A stretch of 64,000 bases of DNA from an uncultured Actinomycetes bacterium (GTDB lineage: Bacteria > Actinomycetota > Thermoleophilia > UBA2241). Made by a program: the position numbers and the translations under genes. This document shows, piece after piece, positions 1-9,488 of the stretch. The stretch is taken from NCBI GenBank assembly GCA_963755025.1, contig CAVWIH010000019.1, positions 1-64,000 of the forward strand. The letters are read 5' to 3'. Each line of letters opens with the position of its first letter. Position 1 is the stretch's first letter. The notes under the pieces are model-generated. The model was not told the origin of the DNA. It saw only the letters and a program-made list of their open reading frames with translations, and searched no databases.

Positions 1-76
1 TGGTGGGCCGCCGGAGGGTCGAACTCCGGACACCCTGATTAAAAGTCAGGTGCTCTACCAACTGAGCTAGCGGCCC
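1..76 (-). tRNA. tRNA-Lys(UUU)
   Basis: Reverse complement GGGCCGCTAGCTCAGTTGGTAGAGCACCTGACTTTTAATCAGGGTGTCCGGAGTTCGACCCTCCGGCGGCCCACCA: cloverleaf, anticodon TTT, GTTCGA T-loop, encoded CCA. Confidence 0.97.
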
Positions 77-86
77 AAGTTGAGGG

Positions 87-95
87 ATTGTATCA
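87..95 (-). promoter_or_regulatory. Extended -10 promoter of tRNA-Lys
   Basis: TGaTACAAT on the minus strand, 10 nt upstream of the tRNA 5' end. Confidence 0.6.
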
Positions 96-131
96 CCGCT
101 CGACGGGCGCCCCGAGCCTGTTTGCGGCTCC

Positions 132-1546
132 TCAGCTCTTGGCGGCGGCCAGCAGCGCGGCGCGCAGGCCGCCGCTCAGCGCGGGGCTGCGCAGCTCAAC
201 GGTGACGACCGGCGCGTGGTAGTGCGCCGGCACGTACTCGCCGAGCGACCCCGTGATGTAGGGGTCGTAGCTCAGGCGGCCCACCGGCAGCCCGCAGAGC
301 TGCGACATGCGACGGCCCAGGGCGCGGGCGCCGGGGCCGTGGCAGTCGAGGATGCCGGCGTGCGAGTGCAGGCTCACGACCGCCGCGAACCCGGTCCGCA
401 GGTAAGCGAGCAGCGCCTTGGTCTCGGGTTCTGAGCCGGGGCTGCGGCCGCCTGTGAGGCCGGGGTCGCCGGGCTCGTCTCCGGCGCTCAGCCGGCGCGT
501 CCAGTTGGCGGTGGGCAGGTTGCGGTTGAGGTCGACGTGGCGGGCGTTGCCCCGGGTGTGATGGGCGTGGCCGTCGGGGTTGGCGCAGCGGATGACGTCG
601 ATGCGCGCTCCGGCCGGCACCGCCCCGGGATGGGCCGCCAGATACGCGGCGAAGCGCGTCGCCACCGCCGTGCCGTATTCGTCACCGTGCACGCCTCCGA
701 TCACCAGCAGACGTCGCGCTCCCGTGCCGAAGCGCGCTACGACGATCGCCCTGTGCTGCACGGAGCGGCCGATGGTGTGCCACCAGGGCCCCTTCACGAC
801 GACCTTGGCCGGCGTGGCCGCACGCTGCGCGTTACCGGCCAGGTCGCTGGCGCTGACGGCGTAGCGGTAGGTGCCGGTGGCGTTCGGCGTCCAGGGCGTG
901 GAGTACCAGGTGTTCGCGTTCCTGGCGCCCAGCGCGACACGCTGCACGACCTTGCCGCGGCTGTCTGTCAGTACGAGCTCGACGGCGCTGACCTGGGGGC
1001 TGAGCTCGTCGAGCACCTCGTACCTGAGCTTCACGGCGTGTCCGGTGAAGGCCGTGACGTTCTTGCCGATGGTGGTGGGCCCAGTGGTGTCGATGCGCAG
1101 CACGGCCGTCTGCGGCGCCTCCTGGTTGCCGGCGTGGTCGACGGCGTACCAGGTGAGCGTGTGCAAGCCGTCGAACGAGCCGTCAGCCGGGGCCGGCACG
1201 GCGAGCGCAAGCCGCTCTGCGGTGCCTCGTCGTCGAGCCACGACCAGACAGTCGCCACGCCCGAAGCGTCGTCGCCGGCCGTGAAGGTGACCGTGAACGG
1301 CGCGTTCTGCCAGCCGCTCGGGGCGTCGGACGTGCTGGTCGGCGGTGTCGTGTCGGCCGGCGCCGGCGTGTCGCCGGTCACCGCCCCTGGCGAGGCCGCG
1401 GCACCCGCGGCGACGGGCGGCGAGGTCGCGGGCGGCGAGGTCGCGGCGGGCGATGCGCCGGCACGCGCCGCGGTAGCGAGAGCCAGCGGCGCTCCGCAGG
1501 CGACGGTCAGGGCCGCGACCGCGACCAGCAGCCAGAGATTGCGCAA
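132..1546 (-). CDS. Secreted M14 zinc carboxypeptidase (MpaA-like murein peptide amidase) with Ig-like N-terminal domains; frameshift near 1210
   Basis: Signal peptide MRNLWLLVAVAALTVACG in ORF 1031..1546 continues in the 132 frame; motifs GGVHGDE, NPDG, RGNARHVDLNRN, SEPET, SLHS. Confidence 0.8.
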
Positions 1547-1619
1547 CCTTGGCTCCCTTGTCGTTGCGCGACCGTCCCGGAGCGGTCGCCGCGGTCAAGG
1601 CTATCGCCTGCCAACGGCG

Positions 1620-1725
1620 GCCCCGCACAAGGGTCGCGGCGTGCGCGCCCCGCAAAGGCCGCCGCGTTCGCGCACTTGCGAAGGTCGCTGCGTTCGTTCG
1701 CGCACTTGCAAGGTCGCTGCGTTCG
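1620..1725. repeat. Tandem ~29-30 bp repeat: two near-perfect copies plus degenerate upstream copies
   Basis: GTTCGCGCACTTGC(G)AAGGTCGCTGCGTTC at 1666-1695 and 1696-1724. Confidence 0.8.
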
Positions 1726-1834
1726 TGCCCGACCCGTCGCCCTCGGCGACAACGCCGTCTGGACCGGGACTGGCGAGAATAGGGAGTCTTACCTATCGGC
1801 CCCGGGAACGCCGCGGTCGTTACTTGTTGGTAAG

Positions 1835-1981
1835 GATCGAGGTGCCAAGGGCCCGATCGGCCTCTGGAGCTCGGGTGACGATGGATTCTGCGGCCCGTCG
1901 TCTGCCACGGTGGGGTGGGGCAGCAAAGCCCCCGACCGAAACGAGCGGCGTTCGGGATCGGCCTTGGTGGCATACTCGATC
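1835..1981 (+). ncRNA. Putative structured ncRNA, 6S RNA-like rod
   Basis: End-to-end pairing GATCGAG/CTCGATC, GTG/CAT, CCAAGG/CCTTGG, CCGATC/GATCGG; internal GCTCG/CGAGC, GACGATGG/CCGTCGTC, GGGGC/GCCCC; intergenic. Confidence 0.45.
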
Positions 1982-2124
1982 GATGCACACGGCTGACAGC
2001 GCGCCCGGCAGCGGCGGCGCCCCCTTCACACGAAGGCAGGGCGGCGCTCCGGGCGCGCAGTCGGCCGATTTCCCGTCTCACGGTGTCCCGGTGGCTGACC
2101 GGCTCGCGGTGCCCGCCGGTGGTC

Positions 2125-3459
2125 CTACCAGGGGCGCGGCTCCCCGGCGAGCAGCGCAAAGACGGCGGCGTCGCCGAGGTCGCCCTCGCGGCCGTGGTCG
2201 GAGCGCCGCAGGCCTTCGCGCGTGAACCCCAGGCGCGTCGCTACGCGGCACGAGGCCGCGTTGCGCATGTCGGCCAGGATCTGCACGCGCGCCATCCCCA
2301 GCACGTCGAGGCTCCACTGCGTGACCAGGCGCGCCGCCGCCGTGGCTACGCCGCGGCGGCGCGCCCACGGCGCCACGTGGTAGCCGAGCTCGGCGACCCC
2401 GGCCCACGACTCCTCGGCGCGCAACGCCACGCCGCCCAGCAGGCGGTCGTTCGCGGCGTCGGCGATGGCATAGAAGGCTTCGCGCTCGTGCTCCCAGCCG
2501 GCGGCGGCCTGCGCCAGGAACGCGCGGGCGTCGCGTTCGCCGTACGGGGTCGGCAGCATGAACAGCCAGCGCTGCGCCTCGGGGTCGTTGCAGGCGCGGA
2601 CCAGGTCGGGCACGTCGGCCTCTTTGTAGGGACGCAGCAGGATGGCGCCGTCGCCGAGCGGCGGCGGCGCGGCCGGCAGGGTGGGCGTGACGGCCCGGTA
2701 ATCGGAGCGCGCGGCGGAGAGGGCCGGCAGGAGCGCCTCGTCGGGCGGGGCGGCCGCGGGCCGGCCCTCGCCGCCCGCCGCCCGCTGCGCGCGCGCCTCG
2801 CGCCACTCGTCGGCCAGTAACGAGTAGACGATGCAGTCGGTGCGCGCCGCGCCGAAGGGCCGGTAGCTGCGCAGCAGGGCTTCGGGGCGGTAGCCCAGGG
2901 CCCGCGCTATGCGTCGCGACGCCGTGTTGGCCACCATGGTGCCGATCACCAGGCGCCGCAGGCCGGCCGTGCCAAACGCCCAGTCGGTGAGCAGCGACAC
3001 GCCGGCGCTCCCCAGACCGCGTCCACGGTGGCCGGGCATCACCCAGTAGCCGAGCTCGACCGTGCCCGGCCGCCGCTCCGCGGCCAGGGCCCCCACCGCG
3101 CCCACCGGCCGGTCGTCGCCGGCGACGGTGAGAGCCAGGTGCAGCCAGCCGTCGCGCGACCAGGCGCGCGACGCGTCGGCGATGAAGTCGCGCGCCAGGG
3201 CGACGGTGTAGCCGGCCGGCATCATGCAGAACAGGGCGATCTCGGGGTCGGCACAGGCGGCCGCCATGAGCGGCGCGTCGTCGAGCCGCCAGGGCCGCAG
3301 TCCCACAGACCCGGCGCCCAGACGGACGGTCTCGTAAGCGGGCCGACCATCGCCGCCCGGGTCGTCGGCGCGCCACGGGTCGGCGGCCTGCGCAGCCTCG
3401 TCGGCGCGCCGCGGGTCGGCGGCCCGCGCAGCCTCGTCGGTGCGCCACGGATCGGTCAT
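2125..3459 (-). CDS. Tandem-domain GNAT N-acetyltransferase (RimJ/RimL type)
   Basis: Two ELGY..P..RGRG / N.AS.R.A..LG[YF]..E modules; GGAGG 6 nt upstream of ATG 3459. Confidence 0.85.
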   Translation of the reverse strand: MTDPWRTDEAARAADPRRADEAAQAADPWRADDPGGDGRPAYETVRLGAGSVGLRPWRLDDAPLMAAACADPEIALFCMMPAGYTVALARDFIADASRAWSRDGWLHLALTVAGDDRPVGAVGALAAERRPGTVELGYWVMPGHRGRGLGSAGVSLLTDWAFGTAGLRRLVIGTMVANTASRRIARALGYRPEALLRSYRPFGAARTDCIVYSLLADEWREARAQRAAGGEGRPAAAPPDEALLPALSAARSDYRAVTPTLPAAPPPLGDGAILLRPYKEADVPDLVRACNDPEAQRWLFMLPTPYGERDARAFLAQAAAGWEHEREAFYAIADAANDRLLGGVALRAEESWAGVAELGYHVAPWARRRGVATAAARLVTQWSLDVLGMARVQILADMRNAASCRVATRLGFTREGLRRSDHGREGDLGDAAVFALLAGEPRPW

Positions 3460-3531
3460 CGGCATCCTCCAACGGCAAAGGGCCCGCGGTATGCGCAGGC
3501 CCTCGCCACAACGTTCCCTGTGGCGCTGTCG

Positions 3532-5073
3532 CTAATGCAGGAAGTGCCGGCGGCGCGAGAACACCATGGCGGCGCTGCGGTCGTTGCAGACCTTGACCGA
3601 GAGGTCGTCGCGCTTGGAGCCGCCGGGCTGCATGAAGGCGGTGACGCCGGCTTCGATGGCGAGCTCGACGGCATCGGGGAAGGGGAAGTAGGCGTCGGAG
3701 CCGATCACCGAGCCGTGCAGGTCGCCGTGGGCCTTTTCGATGGCCAGGCGCGTGGAGTCGACACGGCTCATCTGGCCGGCGCCCACGCCGAGCGTGGCCA
3801 GGTCTTTGGCGATCACGATGGCGTTCGACTTGACGTGCTTGGCGACCCTGCTGGCGAAGATCAGGTCGCCCCATTCGGCCTCGGTGGGGTGGCGTTCGCT
3901 CACGACCTGCATGGACTCGCGGTCTTCGAGGTCGGCGTCGCGGTCCTGAATGAGAAGGCCGCCCAGCACGCGCTTGTAGTCCATCTCGCCGGGGCTGCCC
4001 TTGCGGCGCTCGTTGTCGACCAGCAGGCGGATGTCGGGTTTACGGCTGAGGACCTCGAGGGCGGCGTCGTCGTAGGACGGTGCGAACAGCACCTCGATGA
4101 ACAACTCGGACATGCGCTGCGCGGTCGCCAGGTCGATCTGCCGGTTGACGGCGACCACCGAGCCGAAGGCGGCCACCGGGTCGGATTCGAGCGCCTTCAG
4201 GTAGGCGTGCTCGAGGTTCTCGGCCAACGCCGCGCCGCAGGGGTTGTTGTGCTTGATGATGACGCAGGCCGGCAGGGCGAACTCGGTGGCCAGGGCGCGG
4301 GCGGCGTGCAGGTCGTAGAGGTTGTTGAACGAGAGCTTCTTGCCGTGCAGCTGGGTGACGCGGCTGAGCAGGTGGCGCCGCGCGCCGCTGTCGGCGTAGT
4401 AGGCGGCGCGCTGGTGGGGATTCTCGCCGTAGGAGAGCTCCATCACCTTTTCGTAGTCGCGCAGGATGTGGCTGGGAAAGTCGCCCTCGGTCTCGGAGAA
4501 CCAGTTGGCGATGATGAAGTCGTAGTGCGCGGTGCGGTGGAAGGCCTTGGTAGCCAGGTGCCGGCAGGTGAGCGTGGACAGCTCGCCGCCGCTTGTCTTG
4601 AGCTCGTCGAGCACCGCGGCGTAGTCGTCGGGCTCGGTGATGACCGCCACGCTCGCGTGGTTCTTGGCCGCCGCGCGGATCATGGTGGGCCCGCCGATGT
4701 CGATCATCTCGATGACCTGCTCTTCGGGCGTGCCGCGCTGCGAGGCGACCTCTTCGAACGGGTACAGGCTGACGACCACCATGTCGATCGGCTTGATGCC
4801 GTGCTCGGCGATGGTGGCCATGTGCTCGGGGTCGTCGCGCTTGGCGAGGATGCCGCCCTGGATGTTGGGGTGCATCGTCTTGACCCTGCCGCCGAGCATC
4901 TCGGGGAACTGGGTGACGTCGGAGACCTCGGTGACCGGGATGCCCTGGTCGCTCAGCAGCCGCGCCGTGCCGCCAGTCGAGATGATCTCGACTCCCATGT
5001 CGGTCAGTGTCCGGGCGAACTCCTCGAGACCGGCTTTGTTGAAGACGGAGATGAGAGCTCGGTTGACCTTCAC
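3532..5073 (-). CDS. purH: Bifunctional AICAR transformylase / IMP cyclohydrolase
   Basis: RALISV, STGGT, GRVKTMHP, IDIGGPTMIRAAAKN, YGENPHQ, KHNNPCG, RHFLH. Confidence 0.97.
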   Translation of the reverse strand: MKVNRALISVFNKAGLEEFARTLTDMGVEIISTGGTARLLSDQGIPVTEVSDVTQFPEMLGGRVKTMHPNIQGGILAKRDDPEHMATIAEHGIKPIDMVVVSLYPFEEVASQRGTPEEQVIEMIDIGGPTMIRAAAKNHASVAVITEPDDYAAVLDELKTSGGELSTLTCRHLATKAFHRTAHYDFIIANWFSETEGDFPSHILRDYEKVMELSYGENPHQRAAYYADSGARRHLLSRVTQLHGKKLSFNNLYDLHAARALATEFALPACVIIKHNNPCGAALAENLEHAYLKALESDPVAAFGSVVAVNRQIDLATAQRMSELFIEVLFAPSYDDAALEVLSRKPDIRLLVDNERRKGSPGEMDYKRVLGGLLIQDRDADLEDRESMQVVSERHPTEAEWGDLIFASRVAKHVKSNAIVIAKDLATLGVGAGQMSRVDSTRLAIEKAHGDLHGSVIGSDAYFPFPDAVELAIEAGVTAFMQPGGSKRDDLSVKVCNDRSAAMVFSRRRHFLH

Positions 5074-5106
5074 GTGTCGACTCCTTGCTCGGTGGTCGTT
5101 GGCGCC

Positions 5107-5146
5107 AGTGTATAAGGCGTGACCGCGGAAATGAAGGTCACGCCTT
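5107..5146 (-). promoter_or_regulatory. 11-bp perfect inverted repeat abutting a -10-like TACACT upstream of purH (operator or terminator)
   Basis: AAGGCGTGACC-N11-GGTCACGCCTT at 5114-5146; TACACT on the minus strand at 5107-5112. Confidence 0.5.
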
Positions 5147-5177
5147 GCGGTGCGCCGGCGCTGGTCTGCCGGCGGCG

Positions 5178-6215
5178 TCAGCCCAGGCGCGCGACGCGCT
5201 CGCCGCGCACGTGCGAGCGGGCGTAGGCCGAGGCGTGGGCCAGGGCCGGACCGGATTCGGCGAGCAGGCCGACCCGCGGCAGCGGCTTGCTGGTCGGCGG
5301 CCAGGCGCGCGCGGCGGCAAGGACGGCTTCGCGGCCGCCGGCGGCGAAGGTGAGCGCCAGCTCGCGGGTGGGCGCCGTGTCGGCGGCGGCCGCGGCCAGT
5401 TCGGCGGCAGCCAGCGCGTAGCGGTTGCCGTTGAAGCTGAGCGCCACGCCGCCGGCCTCGCGCACCGCCGTGAAGGGCGGCACGTCGGTGATCGAGTCAC
5501 CCACATACATGACGTCGCAGAGCTCGACGCGGCGGCCTGCCGCGATGTCGCGCAGGGCGGAGAGCTTGGCGCCGCCACCCACGGGGCGCACGGCGGCCAC
5601 GATCTCGGCGCTGCGGCGGCCCTTGGCCGCCATGTCGGTCCAGAACAGGCGGTCGAGGGAGGCGACGGCGGCGCGGTCGGCGGCCGACAGGTCGGCCGCC
5701 GACCGCGCCGCCTCGGGCAGCTCTATGACCGGCTGCGCCAGCACGGCCTCGGCGCTGTCGCGCAGCCAGTCGGCTTCGTCGGCGGTGAGGTGCCAGGCGT
5801 CGAGCTCGAGCTTGGTGCAGCGGCACTGCGCGAAGGGAAACCCGGTGGCCCGGCAGAGGGCGCGCAGGTAGGGCGTGTAGGAGGTCGAGACGATGTACGA
5901 GGGCATGGCCGCCGCGACTTCGCGCAGCAGATCGCGGGCGCCCGGCACGACGAGCACGGTGTCGGCGCTGTACTGCTCGATGTCGCGGTCGCGCACGCCG
6001 TAGGCGAGCAGGAACGGCACGACGAGGCGCAGCGTGTCGCCGGCGTTGTAGCCCGGCTTGTGCAGCACGTCGGCGAGGAAGTCGTCGTAGGCGGACAGGC
6101 GCGCGAAGAGCTCGGCGCCCTCGGGTAAGAAGGCGGCGCAGATCTCCATGGCGTTGTCGTTGCGAGTGAGCGGACCCTCGCAGTCGGTCACGAACAGGCG
6201 GGGCGGCACGCTCAC
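5178..6215 (-). CDS. HAD-superfamily phosphohydrolase, EhaR/COG4030-like
   Basis: Starts at a GTGA overlap with the purN-like stop; FVTDCEGPLTRNDNA (motif I), IVSTSY (II), GGGAK (III), YVGDSITD (IV). Confidence 0.75.
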   Translation of the reverse strand: MSVPPRLFVTDCEGPLTRNDNAMEICAAFLPEGAELFARLSAYDDFLADVLHKPGYNAGDTLRLVVPFLLAYGVRDRDIEQYSADTVLVVPGARDLLREVAAAMPSYIVSTSYTPYLRALCRATGFPFAQCRCTKLELDAWHLTADEADWLRDSAEAVLAQPVIELPEAARSAADLSAADRAAVASLDRLFWTDMAAKGRRSAEIVAAVRPVGGGAKLSALRDIAAGRRVELCDVMYVGDSITDVPPFTAVREAGGVALSFNGNRYALAAAELAAAAADTAPTRELALTFAAGGREAVLAAARAWPPTSKPLPRVGLLAESGPALAHASAYARSHVRGERVARLG

Positions 6216-7168
6216 AGGATTCCTCCGGCGTCGGGGGCGGCTTCGGCGTCGAGGCGGGCGCCGCCCGCCTGGGGGGCGCTCGCGCGGGGGGAGTCGGACG
6301 CCGCTTCGGCGTCGACGTCGGCGGTAAGGTCGAGCGGTGGCTGCGCGGTCACGCCGACGAGCGCGCCGTCGCGCACCAGGAGGCGCCCCAGGGCGAACTC
6401 GGCGACGGTGCGGTAGAGCAGCGGGATCTCGCGCCGTTCTCCCTGCCGGCGGACCTCGGCGAACAGCGGCTGGCGCTCGCCCCGGGCGGCGGCCACGCCG
6501 GCGGCGCCGAGGGCGTCGCGTTCGCGCCGGTAGTCGGCCCACAGGTCGTCCCACTGCGGCCCGACGATGGGGAACGCACAAAAGGCGACGACCGGGCCGC
6601 GGTCGAGCTCGGCCGTGGCCAGGTGGATCATGGCGCCGGTCTCGCGGGCGTCGGTGGCGAGCAGGGCCCAGATGACGTCTTGCCAGGCGCCCTGCGGCCC
6701 GCCTGGCAGCGCTGGGTGCAGGTTGAGCATGGCGTAGCGGGCGCACAGTCCGGGGCCGGTGATCAGCATGTAGCCGGCCAGCACGAGCAGGTCGACGCCG
6801 TAGGGGGCGAGCAACTCGGCGACCTCGTCGTGGTAGGCGCGCCGCCAGGCTTCGCGCTGCGGCCCGGAATCGGCGACGGGCGCCGCTCCCGGCGGCTCGC
6901 CGCCCGGCGCGGCGTGCGACGGCTCGCCGCCCGACGCCTCGCGCCAGGCCTGCCGGCTCGCCGCGCTCGACAGCGTGACGGCGTGCAGCCCGAGCTCGGC
7001 GACAAGGTCGAGAAAGGCGTCGCTTTGGGCCTGCTCGCCGCGCGCGTGGTCGCAGAACACGACGGCGATGTCGAGGTCGAGGCCGTCGCGCCGGGCGCGG
7101 CGCACCACCTCGGAGAGCAGCGTGCGGGCGGCGCCGTCGCGGCCGCTCGACAGCCAGCCGATCTTCAT
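6212..7168 (-). CDS. purN: Divergent phosphoribosylglycinamide formyltransferase
   Basis: LAGYM, LNLHPALP, HLATAELDRGP catalytic N/H/D retained; atypical N-terminus IGWLSSGRD; pur operon context. Confidence 0.75.
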   Translation of the reverse strand: MKIGWLSSGRDGAARTLLSEVVRRARRDGLDLDIAVVFCDHARGEQAQSDAFLDLVAELGLHAVTLSSAASRQAWREASGGEPSHAAPGGEPPGAAPVADSGPQREAWRRAYHDEVAELLAPYGVDLLVLAGYMLITGPGLCARYAMLNLHPALPGGPQGAWQDVIWALLATDARETGAMIHLATAELDRGPVVAFCAFPIVGPQWDDLWADYRRERDALGAAGVAAARGERQPLFAEVRRQGERREIPLLYRTVAEFALGRLLVRDGALVGVTAQPPLDLTADVDAEAASDSPRASAPQAGGARLDAEAAPDAGGIL

Positions 7169-7258
7169 GACAGCCGCCGGGTGCGTTTGCGCAGGGGCTG
7201 CCGTGACGCTTGGGGCAGGGGTCGGCGCGCTGGCCGGGCCGCGGACCGCCGCGCCGGC

Positions 7259-8236
7259 TCAGGCACGGTCACGTTCTTCGGCGACGCGTTCGCGAAAGGC
7301 AACCTGGTCGGGGTATGTGCTGCGCCCCAGGCCGCCGATGCCGCGCGAGGCCGCCCAGGCCGCCAAGCGCCCGGCCGCTTCAAGGCCGAGGCCTTCGAGC
7401 AGCCCGCCCATGAAGCCGGCCGCGAACAGGTCGCCGGCGCCCGTGACGTCGACCACCTCGGCGGGGTGCGGCGGCACGTACAGGTCGAGCCGCCGCCCGC
7501 TGATCTGCGCGCCGCGGTCGCCCATCTTGCGGACCACGAGGCCCACGCCCACGTCGAGCAGAAAGCTCAGCGCCTTGTCGGCCGGCAGGCCGCAGAGGGT
7601 CTCGAGCTCGCTCTCGGTGACAAAGACGAACGAGGCGCGCTTGAGGAAGGGGATGAAGCTCTTCACGCCGAGACGCGCGTAGATCTCGCCGGGGTCGAAG
7701 GCGATCTCGACGTCGTCGGGCAGTCGCTCGAGCAGGGCGAGCTGGGTCTGCAGGGCGCGCTCGCCGGCGAACGACGAGAAGTAGGCGAAGCGCGTCGCGG
7801 GCAGGCGCCGCGGCAGGTCGGCCGGCGAGAAGCCGTCGTTGGCCGCTGGCCACACGAGGTTGCGGCGCTCGCCGGTCTCGTCGAGCAGCACGTAGACACG
7901 GCCCGACTCGCCGTCGCGGGCGAGGTAGCGGGCGTCGCACGGCGCCAGCTCGTAGATGATGAAGCGGCCGTCGTCGTCGGCGCCGATACGGCCCAGCATG
8001 GCCGCGCTGAAGCCCAGGCGAGCGAGCGCGAAGGCCGTGTTGGCGGCCTGGCCGCCGCCGCTGCGGGTGGGGGTGATGCCGGCGAGCGCCGCTTCGACGG
8101 CGGCGCGCAGGTCGGGACCGATGGCCTGTTCGGCGCCGGGCGGCGGCAGCTCGCCCCAGAGCGGGGAGTCGGCCGGCAAGCGGTAGATGAGGTCGAGGTT
8201 GAGCGCTCCGCAGCCGATGAGATCGTAGCTCCTCAC
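7259..8236 (-). CDS. PfkB/ribokinase-family kinase (nucleoside-kinase-like)
   Basis: GTG overlaps the purM stop; GALNLD, GGQAANTA..LARLG, FDPG, DVTGAGDLFAAGF. Confidence 0.9.
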   Translation of the reverse strand: MRSYDLIGCGALNLDLIYRLPADSPLWGELPPPGAEQAIGPDLRAAVEAALAGITPTRSGGGQAANTAFALARLGFSAAMLGRIGADDDGRFIIYELAPCDARYLARDGESGRVYVLLDETGERRNLVWPAANDGFSPADLPRRLPATRFAYFSSFAGERALQTQLALLERLPDDVEIAFDPGEIYARLGVKSFIPFLKRASFVFVTESELETLCGLPADKALSFLLDVGVGLVVRKMGDRGAQISGRRLDLYVPPHPAEVVDVTGAGDLFAAGFMGGLLEGLGLEAAGRLAAWAASRGIGGLGRSTYPDQVAFRERVAEERDRA

Positions 8237-9330
8237 AGGGCGAGCGCTCCCTCGTAGCGCACCGCGGGGGCTCCGGCCTGGGCGGCTGCCACGCGGCCGA
8301 CCACCGTGGCCTGCAGGCCGGCCGCCGCGACCGTAGCGAGCGCCTGCGGCACGTCGGCGGCGGGCAGTGCCACGACCACGCCGAGACCGCAGTTGAAGGT
8401 GTCGAGCATCTCGCCGGCGGTTACGCCGAGGCCGTGCAGCCACGAGAAGACCGGTTGCGGCTGCCAGGCGGAGAGGTCGAGCACCGCGGCCGCGCCGGCG
8501 GGCAGGATACGGCTCACGTTGTCGGGGAAGCCGCCGCCCGTGATGTGCGCCGCGGCGTGCACCGCGCAGGCGCGTCCGAGCTCGGCGAGGACGGGGCTGT
8601 AGATGGTGGTCGGGGTGAGCAGCACCTCGCCGACCGTGGCGCCGGGGCTGGCAGGCCCCGTGCCGGCGCCGGCCGTTGCCGCAGCGCTGGCCGGGAAGGG
8701 GTCGGTCAGGGAGATGTGGCGCTCGGCGAGCAAGGCGCGTACCAGCGAGAAGCCGTTGGAGTGCAGGCCGTTGGAAGCGATGCCCAGCAGGGCGTCGCCG
8801 GGCGCGACGTTGGCCGGCCCCCACAGCGCGGAGCGGCTTGCGATGCCGACGGCGAAACCGGCGAGGTCGAAGGCGTCGTCGTCGCGGAAGTGGCCGGGGT
8901 GTTCGGCGGTCTCGCCGCCGAGCAGGGCGCAGCCGGCGCGCAGGCAGCCTTCGTCGACGCCGCCCACGATGTCGGCGACCGTCTGCGGGTCGACCTTGCC
9001 CACCACCAGATAGTCGAGAAAGAACAGCGGCGCGGCGCCGCAGGCCGAGACGTCGTTGACGCTCATGGCGACGGCGTCGATGCCGATCGTGCCGTAGACG
9101 CCCATCTCGCGGGCGATCATTACCTTGGTGCCGGCGCCATCGGTGCCCGCCACGAGCACCGCGTCGGCGACCGGCGGCACGCGCAGCAGCCCGGCGAAGC
9201 CGCCGATGCCCTCGAGCACGAGCGGGTGGTGCACCGAGCGCAGGCGCTCTTTGAGCAGCCGCACGGCTTCGTTGCCGGCGGCTACGTCGACGCCCGACTG
9301 TTTGTAGGTGAAGTCCCCGTCGGTGACCAT
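8233..9330 (-). CDS. purM: AIR synthetase
   Basis: YKQSGVD, GTDGAGTK, LFFLDY, GGETAE, SNGLHSNGFSL, HITGGG, TFNCG. Confidence 0.96.
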   Translation of the reverse strand: MVTDGDFTYKQSGVDVAAGNEAVRLLKERLRSVHHPLVLEGIGGFAGLLRVPPVADAVLVAGTDGAGTKVMIAREMGVYGTIGIDAVAMSVNDVSACGAAPLFFLDYLVVGKVDPQTVADIVGGVDEGCLRAGCALLGGETAEHPGHFRDDDAFDLAGFAVGIASRSALWGPANVAPGDALLGIASNGLHSNGFSLVRALLAERHISLTDPFPASAAATAGAGTGPASPGATVGEVLLTPTTIYSPVLAELGRACAVHAAAHITGGGFPDNVSRILPAGAAAVLDLSAWQPQPVFSWLHGLGVTAGEMLDTFNCGLGVVVALPAADVPQALATVAAAGLQATVVGRVAAAQAGAPAVRYEGALAL

Positions 9331-9488
9331 GACCCTCCGTGGCTCATACGCGTTCGACCCGTTCGCCGGGTCGCCGAGACCCGCCCCCTGGTCGCTATTC
9401 TACGGCAGACGCCGCGTGACCGTCTTCCGCCCCCATTTCCGCCGCCGGGGTTTGCGTAGGTGGCGGCGACCGTGTGACAGTGGGGACG

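Noticed and set aside
1-130. Genomic island integrated at tRNA-Lys
   Set aside because: The tRNA 3' end points out of the window; no integrase or att duplicate was seen inside it
1620-1725. Possible CRISPR array (also considered for 53772-53853)
   Set aside because: Repeats are contiguous with no unique spacers, and there are no cas genes
1761-1822. ZMP/ZTP (pfl) riboswitch-like GACTGGCG followed by an ATAGG/CCTAT stem
   Set aside because: Lacks the GGGAGC P1 strand and the 3' GCC..CGCCTGGGC hairpin; no downstream + strand gene
1921-1955. c-di-GMP-I-like GCAAAGCC...GAAA segment, or a hammerhead-like GAAAC
   Set aside because: The GGCAAA P2 element and the CUGAnGA core are missing; the segment fits better inside the longer rod RNA
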